A stretch of 64,000 bases of DNA from Candidatus Moraniibacteriota bacterium (GCA_013336285.1 JAAXTX010000001.1:20201-84200), one strand, 5' to 3'. Positions 1 through 10,420 are shown, counted from the stretch's first letter. Notes: a model not told the origin generated them from the letters alone. Numbers and translations: made by a program.

Positions 1-229
1 GGTCCGCCGCCGAATATGAGTCTCGCGACAAGAATCATCGCGCCCATCCCGATCATCCAGAGAAGCTGTTTCCCTGTGAGCGGCCCGGCGATCTTATCCT
101 CGACGTCTATGAATTGCGGTACATTCGATATCATAGCACAAAATGGTTCTTCATTCCGAACGACAACCACTCACGGAAGCCGACTCCGTGATCCGGTAGC
201 CCGTCTCGGATGCGGACAAACAAAATTCG

Positions 230-1708
230 TCATGGACGCTTATCCGCATCCCCTCCGCGAAGATCGACGACGCGACCGGATATGTCAGACGAGTCATCAC
301 TTCCCGTGTTTACGGGATGAATATGAAAGGGATTCCTCGGAGGTTCCGGCTCGACCATTCTGGCAGACGAATCGTTCCCGGTCCCATTGAATGGCGCAGC
401 GGACGGAAGCGGCGCGGACTGAGACGGCCTCGAGTCGTGACGGATCGAAAGATTCCGATCGGATCCGAGTTCGACAGGTAGGGAATGCTTCGAGGAAAAG
501 GATATATTTCCTCCCGAAGTGTCTTTCGAAACAGCATTTTCTTTCACTGCCGGACGCATGTTGCCGTCCCGCTGAAACGCCGTTCCGGAAACATTCGACC
601 GGATAGATGGTATCGTGCCGTTCTCGCGACGAGGCGCCGGCTGCGGTACCGGCACCGCGGGAATGCCCGCGGCAACGGCTGCCGCGGATTTCAATCCGAG
701 CCCCCTTGAGACGGCAGCAGCCTGTGTCGACGCCAGAGTCAGTTCAGTCAGGGCGGGCGCTTTGGACGAAACGGGTTTCGTTATCGACGCGACCGGTAAG
801 GAAGCCGGAGCAGGAGCACGTACTTCCGGAGCCACAGGACGGGCAGGCGCCTGACGCGCATCCATCGCTCCGGTGGGAGCTGTCGCGCGAAAAACAGGGG
901 GGGTACTGGTCGGAGCGGGAGCCGGACCTTTCTCGACGGTGTGAAACGCAGGAAATATTATCGCCGAATTTTCCGGATCGATATCGAGTGCCGCGTTATC
1001 CTCGATGGACCGTATTATCAGATTAAGCCTCTCCCGATCCTCCGATGAAAGTTTTTTTCCGTTTTCCGAGTCGAACAGGAACTTTCCCCGGACCATCGGG
1101 TCGTGATATCCGACACCAAGATCATTCCGGTAGGCACGGATCCAGTTGGCGAGACTCGGTCGCACCGGCTCCGGATTCCCATGGATGACGATCCGATCTT
1201 TCGAGATTATCTGCTCCCCGAGCTTTGGGTATTGGCTCACTGCCTGGAGAAGCGGAAGGGAAACGGTTCCCATCGGCATCGACGCGGTCTCTTTCTCTTC
1301 GGCATTTTCCAACAACCACGGCTCAAGTTCGAACACTTTCCGTTTCGCTTCGTCAAGACCGATCACCGGCGCGGACTTCTTTGTTTCCCACTCTGCGCCG
1401 AGCTTCGCTGAGTCCGTAAAATACTCCGGGAAACGGAGAAAAATCCGCCTATTCACCTCGTACGCGATGCCATATGCGGCTGGCATGTCGATACCCGCTT
1501 CTTTCGCGATGGCGAACGGATATTCCGAAAGCGGCACCTCGCGAACGAATATATCCGCTACCGGCCAGGTCGTAGTGAAAATCAGGTCCGGCGACAGCCC
1601 GTACAGCATACTAGCCTCTTCACACAGAATCCGCGGATCGTCCAGGAGGAAAAAGTCGTGCAAAGAAGACGGGAGTTGTTTTAATTTTTGGTAGAAATCA
1701 TCCTGCAT
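230..1708 (-). CDS. hypothetical protein: N-terminal globular domain followed by a long Pro/Ala/Ser-rich low-complexity C-terminal tail
   Basis: Long uninterrupted ORF (492 aa). The N-terminal ~250 aa is ordinary in composition; the remainder is PAPAPTSTPP/AP-rich low complexity. No recognisable catalytic motifs. Confidence 0.4.
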   Translation of the reverse strand: MQDDFYQKLKQLPSSLHDFFLLDDPRILCEEASMLYGLSPDLIFTTTWPVADIFVREVPLSEYPFAIAKEAGIDMPAAYGIAYEVNRRIFLRFPEYFTDSAKLGAEWETKKSAPVIGLDEAKRKVFELEPWLLENAEEKETASMPMGTVSLPLLQAVSQYPKLGEQIISKDRIVIHGNPEPVRPSLANWIRAYRNDLGVGYHDPMVRGKFLFDSENGKKLSSEDRERLNLIIRSIEDNAALDIDPENSAIIFPAFHTVEKGPAPAPTSTPPVFRATAPTGAMDARQAPARPVAPEVRAPAPASLPVASITKPVSSKAPALTELTLASTQAAAVSRGLGLKSAAAVAAGIPAVPVPQPAPRRENGTIPSIRSNVSGTAFQRDGNMRPAVKENAVSKDTSGGNISFSSKHSLPVELGSDRNLSIRHDSRPSQSAPLPSAAPFNGTGNDSSARMVEPEPPRNPFHIHPVNTGSDDSSDISGRVVDLRGGDADKRP

Positions 1709-1965
1709 AGTAATGTTTCTCTAGCCATCCCGTTTGAGATATCGACTCAGTTGAACCATCCGTCGGTCCTTTACTGTTTAATTCACTTTTCATGACATTC
1801 TTGTTTACTTCGTAAATCGATAATCAGTTTAACCGATTCACGAAACTTCATAATGCATTAGCTTCCCGCATTCAATATCGTCAGAATACCAATCACCCAC
1901 CATGTCCGGAAGCGTTCCTTTCCCATATATCCCACGAATCATTTTCTCGAACCAGGTCAGGACTA

Positions 1966-4365
1966 TCATGTGGTATATGGCCTTCCTTGCCGATTCACTA
2001 TTACGCCGGGAGTTGTCCCACCAGCGTTCCCCGCCGTATTCACATTGTACATGCCGTACTTGACCAATCCTCGAGTACGATTGTCCGATTTCAGGCGATT
2101 CATAGTAATGCGCGCATCCATGATCTTCTTGTCAGCAGGATCATCCACGTCAAGAGGTCTCGTGATGTCCATACGTGCCTCCTTCTCGTATGCCTTGATA
2201 AAGTCGACGGGCTTCTGCTTGTCCTCATCGGCAAGACCCGCCGCAATCGTCGCGACTTTGCCAGAGGGAAGGTGCTCGGCAATCCGAGGCATATATTTCC
2301 TGATATTATCCCCGCTCATCCGCTTGTAAGTGACGGCATCGGACTTCTCGAAGACTTTATTCTGCTGATCCTCCTTTCGCGCGATTTCCGCGGCAGAATC
2401 TGCCGCCTGAACCTTCATGGTATCGTGGAAATCGCCGTTTTGAGACAAATACGTTTGGTGAGCCGCGGTCCGTTGTCGCAACAAGGCCTTTCCTTGAACG
2501 CTGTTCCTCTTCTCATCAAGGTTCGCGCCCGGAATCTTGTCATCGTTAAGCCTCGTATCGAAGTTTCTCTCATACGCCGTGAGTGCCGTATTGAGATGCG
2601 TCGAAAGCATCGCTGCCTTATCGCCGTCCTTAGCAAGCTCGTCTGCGATCGTTTGGTTGATCTTGTTGGTCTCCAGGCCGGCCTGAAGCACTTCTCCGGT
2701 CAACGCGTTGGCGGTCTGATTTTCCATCTTAACCTTACCGCTCGTCAGCACCTTCTTCATCTCGCCGATGTCGGTGCCGTGCGCCGCGGCCAGATTAACC
2801 TCACCGACCTTCTCTTTCGTTTCCTGGACGACGGCATTGTTCATGCCACCGCGATCCTTGAACCGTTTGTCGACCATCTGCACGTCCCCATGTTGCATTT
2901 CGCCATGAAGCTCCGGTCGGTTCTTCATCTCGGCCAACAAGGCTGCCATGTGGGCGCCATCTTTCCTGTTGCGGGCTTCGGCGAGCTGCTTCTTGATTTC
3001 CGTATTCGACGTATTCGAATTGATGGCACGCCGCTTGGCTTCCTCCTTGATGAGAGCCTGCTCCTTGATCTGGGCGCTCGTAGCTGACATCTTTTTGTTC
3101 GCATCACTGCCGATTTTCGACTGTACCTTATCGGCCGCAAGTGTCGTACGCTGGCCGAAACGCGTGCCGATATTATTCGCGTTATACCGCTCGTCCGAGC
3201 GTTTTTTCCACTCATTCCTGAATGAACCCCATCGCTTCTCGCCGGCAGCCAGACCCGTCACCCTCTTCATTGCGCCCATGCCTGCCTTCTGAGCCATTCC
3301 GGCTCCATAGATTCCCATCTTCTGACCGATGGACATGGAAGCCCAAATGAGTATGACCGGAACGATCGTGACGACCATGCTGGTGACCGCATGTGCCCGA
3401 TTTTCGGAAGCGGTGACACCGCTGCTATACGACTGGACGAGATCAACACGGGTACTTTGGGCGCCATTCTTGAAATTCGCAAGGAAGGTGCAGGAAACGA
3501 GTATCATGAACATCGCCGACGGACCGAAAATGGCGTACTTCATGAAATTGTCCCACCACTGCTTGGCGAGCGACTGAAATCCCGGTATGGCGGTCGCCGC
3601 GAATCCCACCGGAGAGAATATCACCAGGATGAGCAGCATCACGAGACGAATGACGAACATTATGGCAAGCATGAGCAGTGAAGCTGAGAGCAGGAACATG
3701 AAAATGATCGCCTGCACGAGATTTCCGGTCGTCTCTCCCTGCCATATCATATTGCCTTCCGTTGGCAACAGCAGCGTCTTGATATCGCTGCCGCCGATCA
3801 TCGTCTCGAATATGGTAGTCGCGTCCCCGCCGCTGTTTCCCAGCATGCTGTTGATGAAGAAATACATCGGCACGTTCGTCGCGTCGACGATGAAACGCGA
3901 CACCGGAAAACTGAAATTGACCAGGAGCGCCATCAACACGAGCTGCAGAAGCCATTTCCGGTAATTGTATGCCTGAATCTGGAAAATAGTCCCGAATGCG
4001 ACGAACAGGAGCGTCAGTATGAAGAACAGGTTGAAAAAATCCCGGACCATGCCCCAGAGCGTATAGGTGGCCGGCATATTGAAGAGCTGCTGCCAGACCG
4101 TAGCATCGGTCGACCAGGCGAATATGACCGAGGCCACACCAAGAAAAAGTGTGACGATGCCCAGAACCGCATAGAGGATAACGTTGATGGCTGTAAGGAA
4201 AACGCCGCCAACAGCATTGGAAGCGCCACTCAAAACAGCCGACGACGCATCTTTTATCCAACCGAAAGGATCCCATGCTGACGCGGTATGCACATCACAC
4301 ACGAAAAACATCATCGCGAATACGGCGACGAAAGCAAACAAAATGATTTTTTTATTGCTTTTCAC
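1966..4365 (-). CDS. TrbL/VirB6-like polytopic membrane protein with long hydrophilic K/E/A-rich C-terminal region
   Basis: 799-aa ORF. It has a signal-peptide-like N-terminus (MKSNKKIILFAFVAVFAMMFFV), multiple hydrophobic TM segments over ~350 aa, then ~400 aa of charged coiled-coil-like sequence. This architecture is typical of type IV secretion VirB6/TrbL proteins. Confidence 0.45.
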   Translation of the reverse strand: MKSNKKIILFAFVAVFAMMFFVCDVHTASAWDPFGWIKDASSAVLSGASNAVGGVFLTAINVILYAVLGIVTLFLGVASVIFAWSTDATVWQQLFNMPATYTLWGMVRDFFNLFFILTLLFVAFGTIFQIQAYNYRKWLLQLVLMALLVNFSFPVSRFIVDATNVPMYFFINSMLGNSGGDATTIFETMIGGSDIKTLLLPTEGNMIWQGETTGNLVQAIIFMFLLSASLLMLAIMFVIRLVMLLILVIFSPVGFAATAIPGFQSLAKQWWDNFMKYAIFGPSAMFMILVSCTFLANFKNGAQSTRVDLVQSYSSGVTASENRAHAVTSMVVTIVPVILIWASMSIGQKMGIYGAGMAQKAGMGAMKRVTGLAAGEKRWGSFRNEWKKRSDERYNANNIGTRFGQRTTLAADKVQSKIGSDANKKMSATSAQIKEQALIKEEAKRRAINSNTSNTEIKKQLAEARNRKDGAHMAALLAEMKNRPELHGEMQHGDVQMVDKRFKDRGGMNNAVVQETKEKVGEVNLAAAHGTDIGEMKKVLTSGKVKMENQTANALTGEVLQAGLETNKINQTIADELAKDGDKAAMLSTHLNTALTAYERNFDTRLNDDKIPGANLDEKRNSVQGKALLRQRTAAHQTYLSQNGDFHDTMKVQAADSAAEIARKEDQQNKVFEKSDAVTYKRMSGDNIRKYMPRIAEHLPSGKVATIAAGLADEDKQKPVDFIKAYEKEARMDITRPLDVDDPADKKIMDARITMNRLKSDNRTRGLVKYGMYNVNTAGNAGGTTPGVIVNRQGRPYTT

Positions 4366-4625
4366 AAACAGACAGCTCCATGAGGCGAAACGGCGGAACG
4401 CACTCTATAATTTCCATCTCCGATTATACTACAAAATTTCCGAAAAGAGAATTTGCGACATGCTTATTCTTCAGAAGAAAGATGGGGCACGCCGATACGA
4501 AGACCGTCGGTTCGACTGTCTCAAACGAAACATAAAAAGAGGAGCGTTTCGCACTGACGCCCCTCCGATTGTGATCACCGTCTCGTTTCTTAGATCGAAT
4601 ATAGTAAAGACAGATCGATATTCGA

Positions 4626-5105
4626 CTAATTCGGATTACCGGTGTCGAAATACTTCCGTTCCCAAGCCGCGCCGTCAGCGATGGAATTCCCCGTCGGTCC
4701 TACACGAAGATATTCACCTTCGTCCGTCAAATATAGATACCCGATCATCATACCGTACGGGACAAAAAATCTGCTTTTTTCCATCCTCTCGAACCTCGTC
4801 TCATAATAACGTTCGGTGTCCCGGTTCAAGACCGCCTCCTGTCCGGTCGCCGTCTCTACCGCCGACTTCAATCTCTGATCGGCGAGTGCGCCTCCGATGA
4901 TATCCCAACTGCCATATCTCATGACGACAAGGACCCGTTTCCCATGCAATTGATCCGGAACGCTTTCCCATCTTCCGCCTTGTTGGTCCTGGGACATCGG
5001 GGCGGGGATTTGATTTTCTTCGACCGCCTTCGCACAGGCATTCATAACCGTCGCCATACCGCCCAATAAGAGGACGACAACAAAATAATGCAATAACCTT
5101 TTCAT
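4626..5105 (-). CDS. small exported protein of unknown function
   Basis: Internal Met start gives MKRLLHYFVVVLLLGGMATVMNACAKA, which reads as a signal peptide. ~160 aa mature part with no recognisable motifs. The longer upstream extension of the ORF is probably not translated. Confidence 0.35.
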   Translation of the reverse strand: MKRLLHYFVVVLLLGGMATVMNACAKAVEENQIPAPMSQDQQGGRWESVPDQLHGKRVLVVMRYGSWDIIGGALADQRLKSAVETATGQEAVLNRDTERYYETRFERMEKSRFFVPYGMMIGYLYLTDEGEYLRVGPTGNSIADGAAWERKYFDTGNPN

Positions 5106-5402
5106 GATTGACTCCGAAAGTTTCGGGCCAGAAAGAACCCTTTTTTGTAAAATTTGACTGAATATTCTTTTTTTAAAGGCGAAAAAGACTTTCGCCGAAC
5201 CCGCCCGAAATGTGGGACGAGAATGTCTTGTCGTTTGTTCTGCCTTAATTATAGCACAAATAATGATTCCGTCAAGAGTCTGGTGGAAATGGTAGAGGGT
5301 CGAACGCCTCAAGCGTACCGCAACAATCGACCTCATTATTATAATGCGGCCGAAATGAGGGTCTATTTCCCGATTGATCAGGATGATCGGTACCTGCGCT
5401 TG

Positions 5403-6683
5403 CTAATAGATATATCCTTTGATCGACCTACTGGAAGTCGCGATGACACGACGATTGACCTTGCCCCATGCGTTGTAATTCATTTCGGAAACGGTGATCG
5501 TTCCGCCGGATACGTTCTCGACCAGCGCCACATGACCGTAGTACGCGCTGTCGGTCGTGACAACGATGGCCCCGACGGAAGGACTCTTGCCCGTCCGATA
5601 TCCTTGGGAGCGCGCATTATACAACCAGGCGCCGGCATTGCCGCCCCATGGGACGTACCGTTTCTGAGCGACGTACCATGTGCAATACCCGTATGGGAAC
5701 CGATGTCCCGCGCCCGCTCTCCCGTCCAGCTTGCGATATCCGCCGGAAATATCCGTCACGGCTCCGCCGCCCGTCGAAGACGCATACTGCCTCAAACCGA
5801 TACCGACCGTCGGTTTCGGCGCCTCTTTGGAACCTCCCGGGATAACGATAGTATCGCCGACGGTAAGGTCACCGTTCGCGGGAAGACTGTTGAACGAGAT
5901 TATGGCTTCGCGATCGGCTTTGAATTTGGACGTGATGGAATCAAGCGTCTCGCCCGAGGCGACCGTATGCGAAAGCCCTGCGATTGGCAGAATGAAGATC
6001 TGGTCCCCGGGCTTTATCGCGTCCACATTATCAAGGTCGTTCGCCCAGAGAATGGTATTCACCGTGATACCGTGACCGGCAGCGATGCCGGAAATGGTAT
6101 CCCCGTCTTTCACCGTATATATCGTCACTCCGCCTTCCTCTTCCGGATCGCGGGCTATGGAACTTTCGGTCTGTGCCGAAAGAAGCGCGCCACTACGGAA
6201 TACGGCAGATGTCTCCTCTTCCTGTTTCGCTTCGATATCGATACCGGTAAAGGACTTTTCAAGCTGGACCTGGGAAAGACCGATTTTTTTCGGCTCCTCG
6301 GTGGCGAACCGCTTCCTTGGCATTTCATTCGCTTGAGGCTCGGAAACACGGAAGCGTCCGAAAACAGCGCTCTTCGAGCCTTCTTCCTGCGTGAAGTTCG
6401 TCATCGAGACCAAAAGGACGCTTGATACGACCAAGGAAAACGATCCGTAATTTCGAAACGCCTCGGCGACGTCCTTTCCGATCCCATTCCTCAGTACGGA
6501 AAAATACTCGCTCTGGACACGGTGAGCGATCGTCTCTGCCTCGGCATACCACCTCACGACGGATTCCCGGATCCGTGAGAGGCTCTTATGGATGAAAGAG
6601 AGGAGTGCTATAGGAGGTGTCCCTTCTATGGGCGGGAGCGGTAGGAGAGACTCTCTTTTCAACAAAAATGGAGTCCGGTCCAT
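5403..6683 (-). CDS. peptidoglycan hydrolase: N-terminal TM anchor, two LysM repeats, C-terminal CHAP/NlpC-P60-like amidase domain
   Basis: LysM-like repeats (DGDTISGIAAGHGITVNTILWANDL...; VASGETLDSITSKFKADREAIISFNSL). C-terminal CTWYV....GHVALV Cys/His pattern typical of CHAP domains. Confidence 0.65.
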   Translation of the reverse strand: MDRTPFLLKRESLLPLPPIEGTPPIALLSFIHKSLSRIRESVVRWYAEAETIAHRVQSEYFSVLRNGIGKDVAEAFRNYGSFSLVVSSVLLVSMTNFTQEEGSKSAVFGRFRVSEPQANEMPRKRFATEEPKKIGLSQVQLEKSFTGIDIEAKQEEETSAVFRSGALLSAQTESSIARDPEEEGGVTIYTVKDGDTISGIAAGHGITVNTILWANDLDNVDAIKPGDQIFILPIAGLSHTVASGETLDSITSKFKADREAIISFNSLPANGDLTVGDTIVIPGGSKEAPKPTVGIGLRQYASSTGGGAVTDISGGYRKLDGRAGAGHRFPYGYCTWYVAQKRYVPWGGNAGAWLYNARSQGYRTGKSPSVGAIVVTTDSAYYGHVALVENVSGGTITVSEMNYNAWGKVNRRVIATSSRSIKGYIY

Positions 6684-6821
6684 CAGCGGCCGCCCTACGG
6701 TTTTACATGAAACCGAGTATACCGTCGAAAATGGCTCATGTCAAAGGTTTTTCACCAAAGAAAGGCATTTTTTTCGCTTTGCAAAAGGAAAATCAACAAA
6801 CATGAACCACGGACTTTTTTC

Positions 6822-7796
6822 ATGTATAATGTCGTCATGAACCAGAAAACGCCGAAACGGGAAACCCGTATCGAAGAGCTCGCGAAACGGTTCCTCGAAC
6901 ATCTCGAGATCGAGCTGAACCGTTCTCCGAAGACGCTCGACAGCTATACCCGTTCACTTCGGAAGTTTTTCGACGAGAGCGGCGTTCTAGAACCGGAAGA
7001 TATCACGTCCGACCGCGTACGGGAATATCGTCTCGCTCTCAACCGCGCAACGAACGCGCATGGGGAGCCTCTCCGAAAGACGACCCAGACCTATCACATC
7101 GTCGTTCTCCGTTCTTTTCTTAAGTTCCTCGCGAAAGAAGACGAGAAGACTTTCCCGGCCGAGAAAATATCCGTCGGCAAGTCACCGAACCGCGAAGTGG
7201 ACTTTCTCGAACTCGAGGAAGTGGAACGGCTGCTCGCGGCCGCCTCGGGAAGTTCATTACGCGCACTCCGTGATCGCGCCGTCCTCGAGCTCTTCTTCTC
7301 GGCGGGTCTTCGCGTTTCCGAACTCACGTCGCTCAACCGCGATTCGGTGAATCTGAAAAAGGGCGAGTTCAGCGTCCGGGGAAAAGGCGCGAAACTCCGG
7401 GTCGTCTTTCTTTCCGACGACGCCCGCGACGCGCTCTCCCGCTATCTGGACAAGCGCAGCGACATGGACCCGTCACTCTTCATCGCAGTCCCCAAGGCGA
7501 AGCGTACCGCACCGAAGGAACGAAAAGGTCACGCCGGCATGCGTCTCACCGAACGGAGCGTCCAACGTCTCGTGAAGAAGTATGCCGTCAAAGCGGGCAT
7601 CGTCAAGGATGTGCACCCGCATACGCTGCGTCATTCCTTCGCGACAGACCTGCTGCAGAATGGCGCCGACATCCGCGCGGTGCAGTCGATGCTCGGCCAT
7701 TCCTCCATCACGACGACCCAGGTATACACCCACGTTACCAACGAACGTCTCCGCGAGATTCACGAATCCTTCCACGCGAAGAAAAGGAAAAAATAG
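6822..7796 (+). CDS. tyrosine site-specific recombinase, XerC/XerD family
   Basis: C-terminal catalytic region HTLRHSFATDLLQNGADIRAVQSMLGHSSITTTQVYTHV (R..H..R..Y signature of tyrosine recombinases). N-terminal SAM-like core-binding region. The start was chosen at an internal Met; the ORF track gives 6738. Confidence 0.8.
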   Translation: MYNVVMNQKTPKRETRIEELAKRFLEHLEIELNRSPKTLDSYTRSLRKFFDESGVLEPEDITSDRVREYRLALNRATNAHGEPLRKTTQTYHIVVLRSFLKFLAKEDEKTFPAEKISVGKSPNREVDFLELEEVERLLAAASGSSLRALRDRAVLELFFSAGLRVSELTSLNRDSVNLKKGEFSVRGKGAKLRVVFLSDDARDALSRYLDKRSDMDPSLFIAVPKAKRTAPKERKGHAGMRLTERSVQRLVKKYAVKAGIVKDVHPHTLRHSFATDLLQNGADIRAVQSMLGHSSITTTQVYTHVTNERLREIHESFHAKKRKK

Positions 7797-7824
7797 GGCC
7801 CGACACATGTCGGGCTTTCTCATA
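7794..7824. terminator. bidirectional rho-independent terminator between xerC-like (+) and nrtR-like (-) genes
   Basis: GGGCCCGACAcatgTCGGGC hairpin followed by TTTCTCAT, and preceded by A-run on the other strand. Confidence 0.5.
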
Positions 7825-7836
7825 TTCGGACGATTC

Positions 7837-8517
7837 TCACAGGACATCCACGATTTTCGGTTTTCGTTCGGAAAAAGAATAAAGCCTGGCGGGACGGCTC
7901 TGCCCCGATTTCCGGATCTTCCCGGTCTCCTTGACCAGGTCGATATCCAGGATTTTCTTACGGAAGTTCCGTTTGTCAAGTTCGTGACCCAGGATGATCT
8001 CATACGCCGTCTGCAGTTCGGTGAGCGTGAATTCCTTCGGCAACAGTCCGTACGCGATATTCGAGTACCCGAGTTTGTTCCGAAGCCGGTCGATTCCCAC
8101 GGAAACGATCTTCGTATGATCGAACGCGAGCTTCGGTAGTTTGGCCGTATCGTACCAGGCTATATCGGAATAGTATTCGATGGTCGCGGGCAGGCATCGG
8201 TCGCTGTTCACGAGCGCGAAATACGCGACCGAAACGCTGCGACCGCGGACATCGCGGTCGACGCCGCCGAACGCATACAACTGTTCGAGATAGATGTCGT
8301 CGACGCCGGCTTTCTCGGAAAGCACCCGTTCCGCCGCCTGATCGAGCGATTCTTCCGGTCGGACAAGACCTCCCGGAAGTGCCCATTTTCCCTTATACGG
8401 TCCGCTGCCGATCCTAATAAGCAGGACCCTGAGCGCCCCGTCGATTACGGAGAAAATGGCGGTATCGACCGCGATGAGAATCGACTGGAAGTACTGCGGC
8501 ATATCGGTTTTTTTCAT
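7837..8517 (-). CDS. nrtR: NrtR-like transcriptional regulator of NAD metabolism (degenerate Nudix domain + C-terminal winged-helix domain)
   Basis: N-terminal Nudix fold with degenerate Nudix box (GGLVRPEESLDQAAERVLSEKAGV). C-terminal segment FTLTELQTAYEIILGHELDKRNFRKKILDIDLVKETG....RPARLYSF matches the conserved wHTH of Nudix-related transcriptional regulators. It is the last gene of the pnuC-nadR operon. Confidence 0.7.
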   Translation of the reverse strand: MKKTDMPQYFQSILIAVDTAIFSVIDGALRVLLIRIGSGPYKGKWALPGGLVRPEESLDQAAERVLSEKAGVDDIYLEQLYAFGGVDRDVRGRSVSVAYFALVNSDRCLPATIEYYSDIAWYDTAKLPKLAFDHTKIVSVGIDRLRNKLGYSNIAYGLLPKEFTLTELQTAYEIILGHELDKRNFRKKILDIDLVKETGKIRKSGQSRPARLYSFSERKPKIVDVL

Positions 8518-8587
8518 ACGGAAAGGTAAGAAGTGTATCGTTTACAGCATACTCCGGCGGATCCAATACCGTCAATCGGACATTTTT

Positions 8588-9583
8588 TTACGGATCGGGA
8601 AATTCCGCAAAGAATCCGGCTCCGTCATCGGAAAAAAGCGACTCGCACGCTATCACGGCCGTCTTCATCCGACTCTCATGATCGCCGGACAAGAGGACGT
8701 ATGGCTTCCCCTCCATTTCGAGCACTTCCCGGAATCGTGCATGCATCGCATGCCGGATCGACTTCCCGTCACGGAGCCCGTCCTGTACGAACGGGATATC
8801 CGCATCAGTCAATAGATAGAGGTCACACTTTCTTCCGGCGAACCGTTTCGCGACATCTTCCGATCGCCCGCCAAGATACCGTTCATGCCACAAGTCGGTC
8901 GCCCACGAATCAGTGTCGCAAAAAAGAAGCTTGTCGGCATATCTTGCGAGCGCATCCTCCATTCGATTCTGCTCTTCGGCGATAAAATCGAATTCCCCCG
9001 ATTCCCACGCCGTTTCGGACATGATTTTTCCTTCGGTATAGATACGACCGAATTCCGGGACCCACGTCGTCCTGAAATGCTCCGCCAACGCCCGTGACAG
9101 GGTAGTCGTACCGGTCGATTCCGCCCCGACTACGACGACACGTTTCACGAAATACGAACGGACGACCGGATGCAGATATTCCCAATTCCCATACAGGTTC
9201 CCGCGGATCGCTGTCGCGGAAATGGGCACGACCCCCCTCTTCGGGTCGACCGAAACATGTTCGGCGCCGAGGAAATGCGCGTATGTCACGCCGTACGATT
9301 CGGATGTGAACACCTTATCCGGACGATATCCGAGGAAATGCAGCGTATATTTCGCCCATGCTTCGGAGTCATCGTCTTTCATGATGTCCGGAACGACCAT
9401 CACCTTGACGGAAGGATGGATCACCCTGATCCATCCGGCCCTGGTTTCTCCCGAGATTCCCTGATCGGATCGTGCGCAAACGGCTACGGTCACCTCATCG
9501 GACTGACGGATCGCCTCCTCGATAAGGAATGAATGCCCCTTATGAAACGGAAAGAATTTCCCAACGACGAATCCCCGTGTCAT
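8588..9583 (-). CDS. nadR: NadR-type bifunctional NMN adenylyltransferase / ribosylnicotinamide kinase (no N-terminal HTH)
   Basis: Nucleotidyltransferase motif GKFFPFHKGH. A second P-loop VVVVGAESTGTTTL typical of the RNK domain. The start codon overlaps the pnuC stop (ATGA). The longer ORF in the track (to 9775) overlaps pnuC and is unlikely. Confidence 0.75.
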   Translation of the reverse strand: MTRGFVVGKFFPFHKGHSFLIEEAIRQSDEVTVAVCARSDQGISGETRAGWIRVIHPSVKVMVVPDIMKDDDSEAWAKYTLHFLGYRPDKVFTSESYGVTYAHFLGAEHVSVDPKRGVVPISATAIRGNLYGNWEYLHPVVRSYFVKRVVVVGAESTGTTTLSRALAEHFRTTWVPEFGRIYTEGKIMSETAWESGEFDFIAEEQNRMEDALARYADKLLFCDTDSWATDLWHERYLGGRSEDVAKRFAGRKCDLYLLTDADIPFVQDGLRDGKSIRHAMHARFREVLEMEGKPYVLLSGDHESRMKTAVIACESLFSDDGAGFFAEFPDP

Positions 9584-10290
9584 ACGGAAAACACCCCCTC
9601 TCCGGAAGCCGGTACCGCCTCCGGCGAATCGTCGTCGCATCTTTTCGTCAGTTCCCGTCTCCATTCGATCAAACCCATGGTCGCGAGCACCAAAAACGCG
9701 GCATAGAGCAGGGACACGAATCGCACTTCCTTCACCGCATACAGCCATATGCCGATCACGTCCACGGCGATCCACAGATACCAGCTGTCAACGACCCTGA
9801 ATATCATGAGCATCTGGGCCGCGAAACTCATCACGGTCGTCACCGCATCGAGATACGGGAACGACGCGGATTCCGGAAAGACCGACGGCCACCACGTATT
9901 CACATGCGCCATGAACCAACCGAGAGCGATCGTCCCGATAAGCACGAAAGCGGCGGTAAAGGAACGTTCCAGTACGGTTCCTTTCCGAATGAGTGATTCG
10001 TCGGACTCATCCTTCTTTCCTTTGCCGACTTTTGCCCAAAACCACCAACCGTAAAAACCGGATACGAGATAATAGATCTGTTCCACGAAATCCGAATACA
10101 GGCGGATTTGAAAGAAGAGCGCGCCATACAGTACGACCGCGACGATTCCGACCGGCCAATTCAGGATATGTTTCCTTGCCACTAACCAGACTGCCGCAAT
10201 GTTGAGAATCGTCCCGAAAAACTCAAGGTAACTCATCGGATAGCCGAGAACCGAAAAAATAATGTTGTCGATACTGAAGAATGAAAGCAT
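9580..10290 (-). CDS. pnuC: nicotinamide riboside transporter PnuC
   Basis: 236 aa, 7-8 TM helices, conserved PnuC motifs (NWPVGIVAVVLY, WWFW). It sits immediately upstream of nadR and is translationally coupled to it. Confidence 0.85.
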   Translation of the reverse strand: MLSFFSIDNIIFSVLGYPMSYLEFFGTILNIAAVWLVARKHILNWPVGIVAVVLYGALFFQIRLYSDFVEQIYYLVSGFYGWWFWAKVGKGKKDESDESLIRKGTVLERSFTAAFVLIGTIALGWFMAHVNTWWPSVFPESASFPYLDAVTTVMSFAAQMLMIFRVVDSWYLWIAVDVIGIWLYAVKEVRFVSLLYAAFLVLATMGLIEWRRELTKRCDDDSPEAVPASGEGVFSV

Positions 10291-10379
10291 AGGTGTGTTC
10301 GATCACGCGGATTATCATGTCATGGAAATTTCACCCCGGCGGATGACCGATCGACCTGCGGCATCCTTCCGCCTATTCC

Positions 10380-10420
10380 ATTGTTAGTGTATTATACACA
10401 CTATATAAATGATGTCAAAT
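10380..10420 (-). promoter_or_regulatory. consensus sigma70-type promoter (-35 TTGACA, 16-nt spacer, -10 TATAAT) with overlapping palindromic operator TAGTGTATTATACACACTA, driving pnuC-nadR-nrtR
   Basis: Minus-strand reading is ggaTTTGACAtcatttatatagtgtgTATAATacactaac. The 40-nt core is almost identical to the cassette at 25331-25380. The palindrome half-sites TAGTGT/ACACTA overlap the -10 element, a typical repressor position. Confidence 0.55.

Noticed and set aside
1970-4365. Numerous plus-strand and alternative-frame ORFs overlapping the TrbL-like gene (e.g. 1987-3087, 3443-4276) and similar shadows over nadE (19975-22185) and polA (54226-56043)
   Set aside because: They are antisense or out-of-frame shadows of long genes with clear domain content. 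They have Arg/His-rich low-complexity translations typical of non-coding frames in GC-rich DNA.
5262-5350. Possible tRNA suggested by AATGGTAGAGGG D-loop-like and TCGAAC T-loop-like strings
   Set aside because: A cloverleaf could not be assembled on either strand. Acceptor and T-stem pairings fail.
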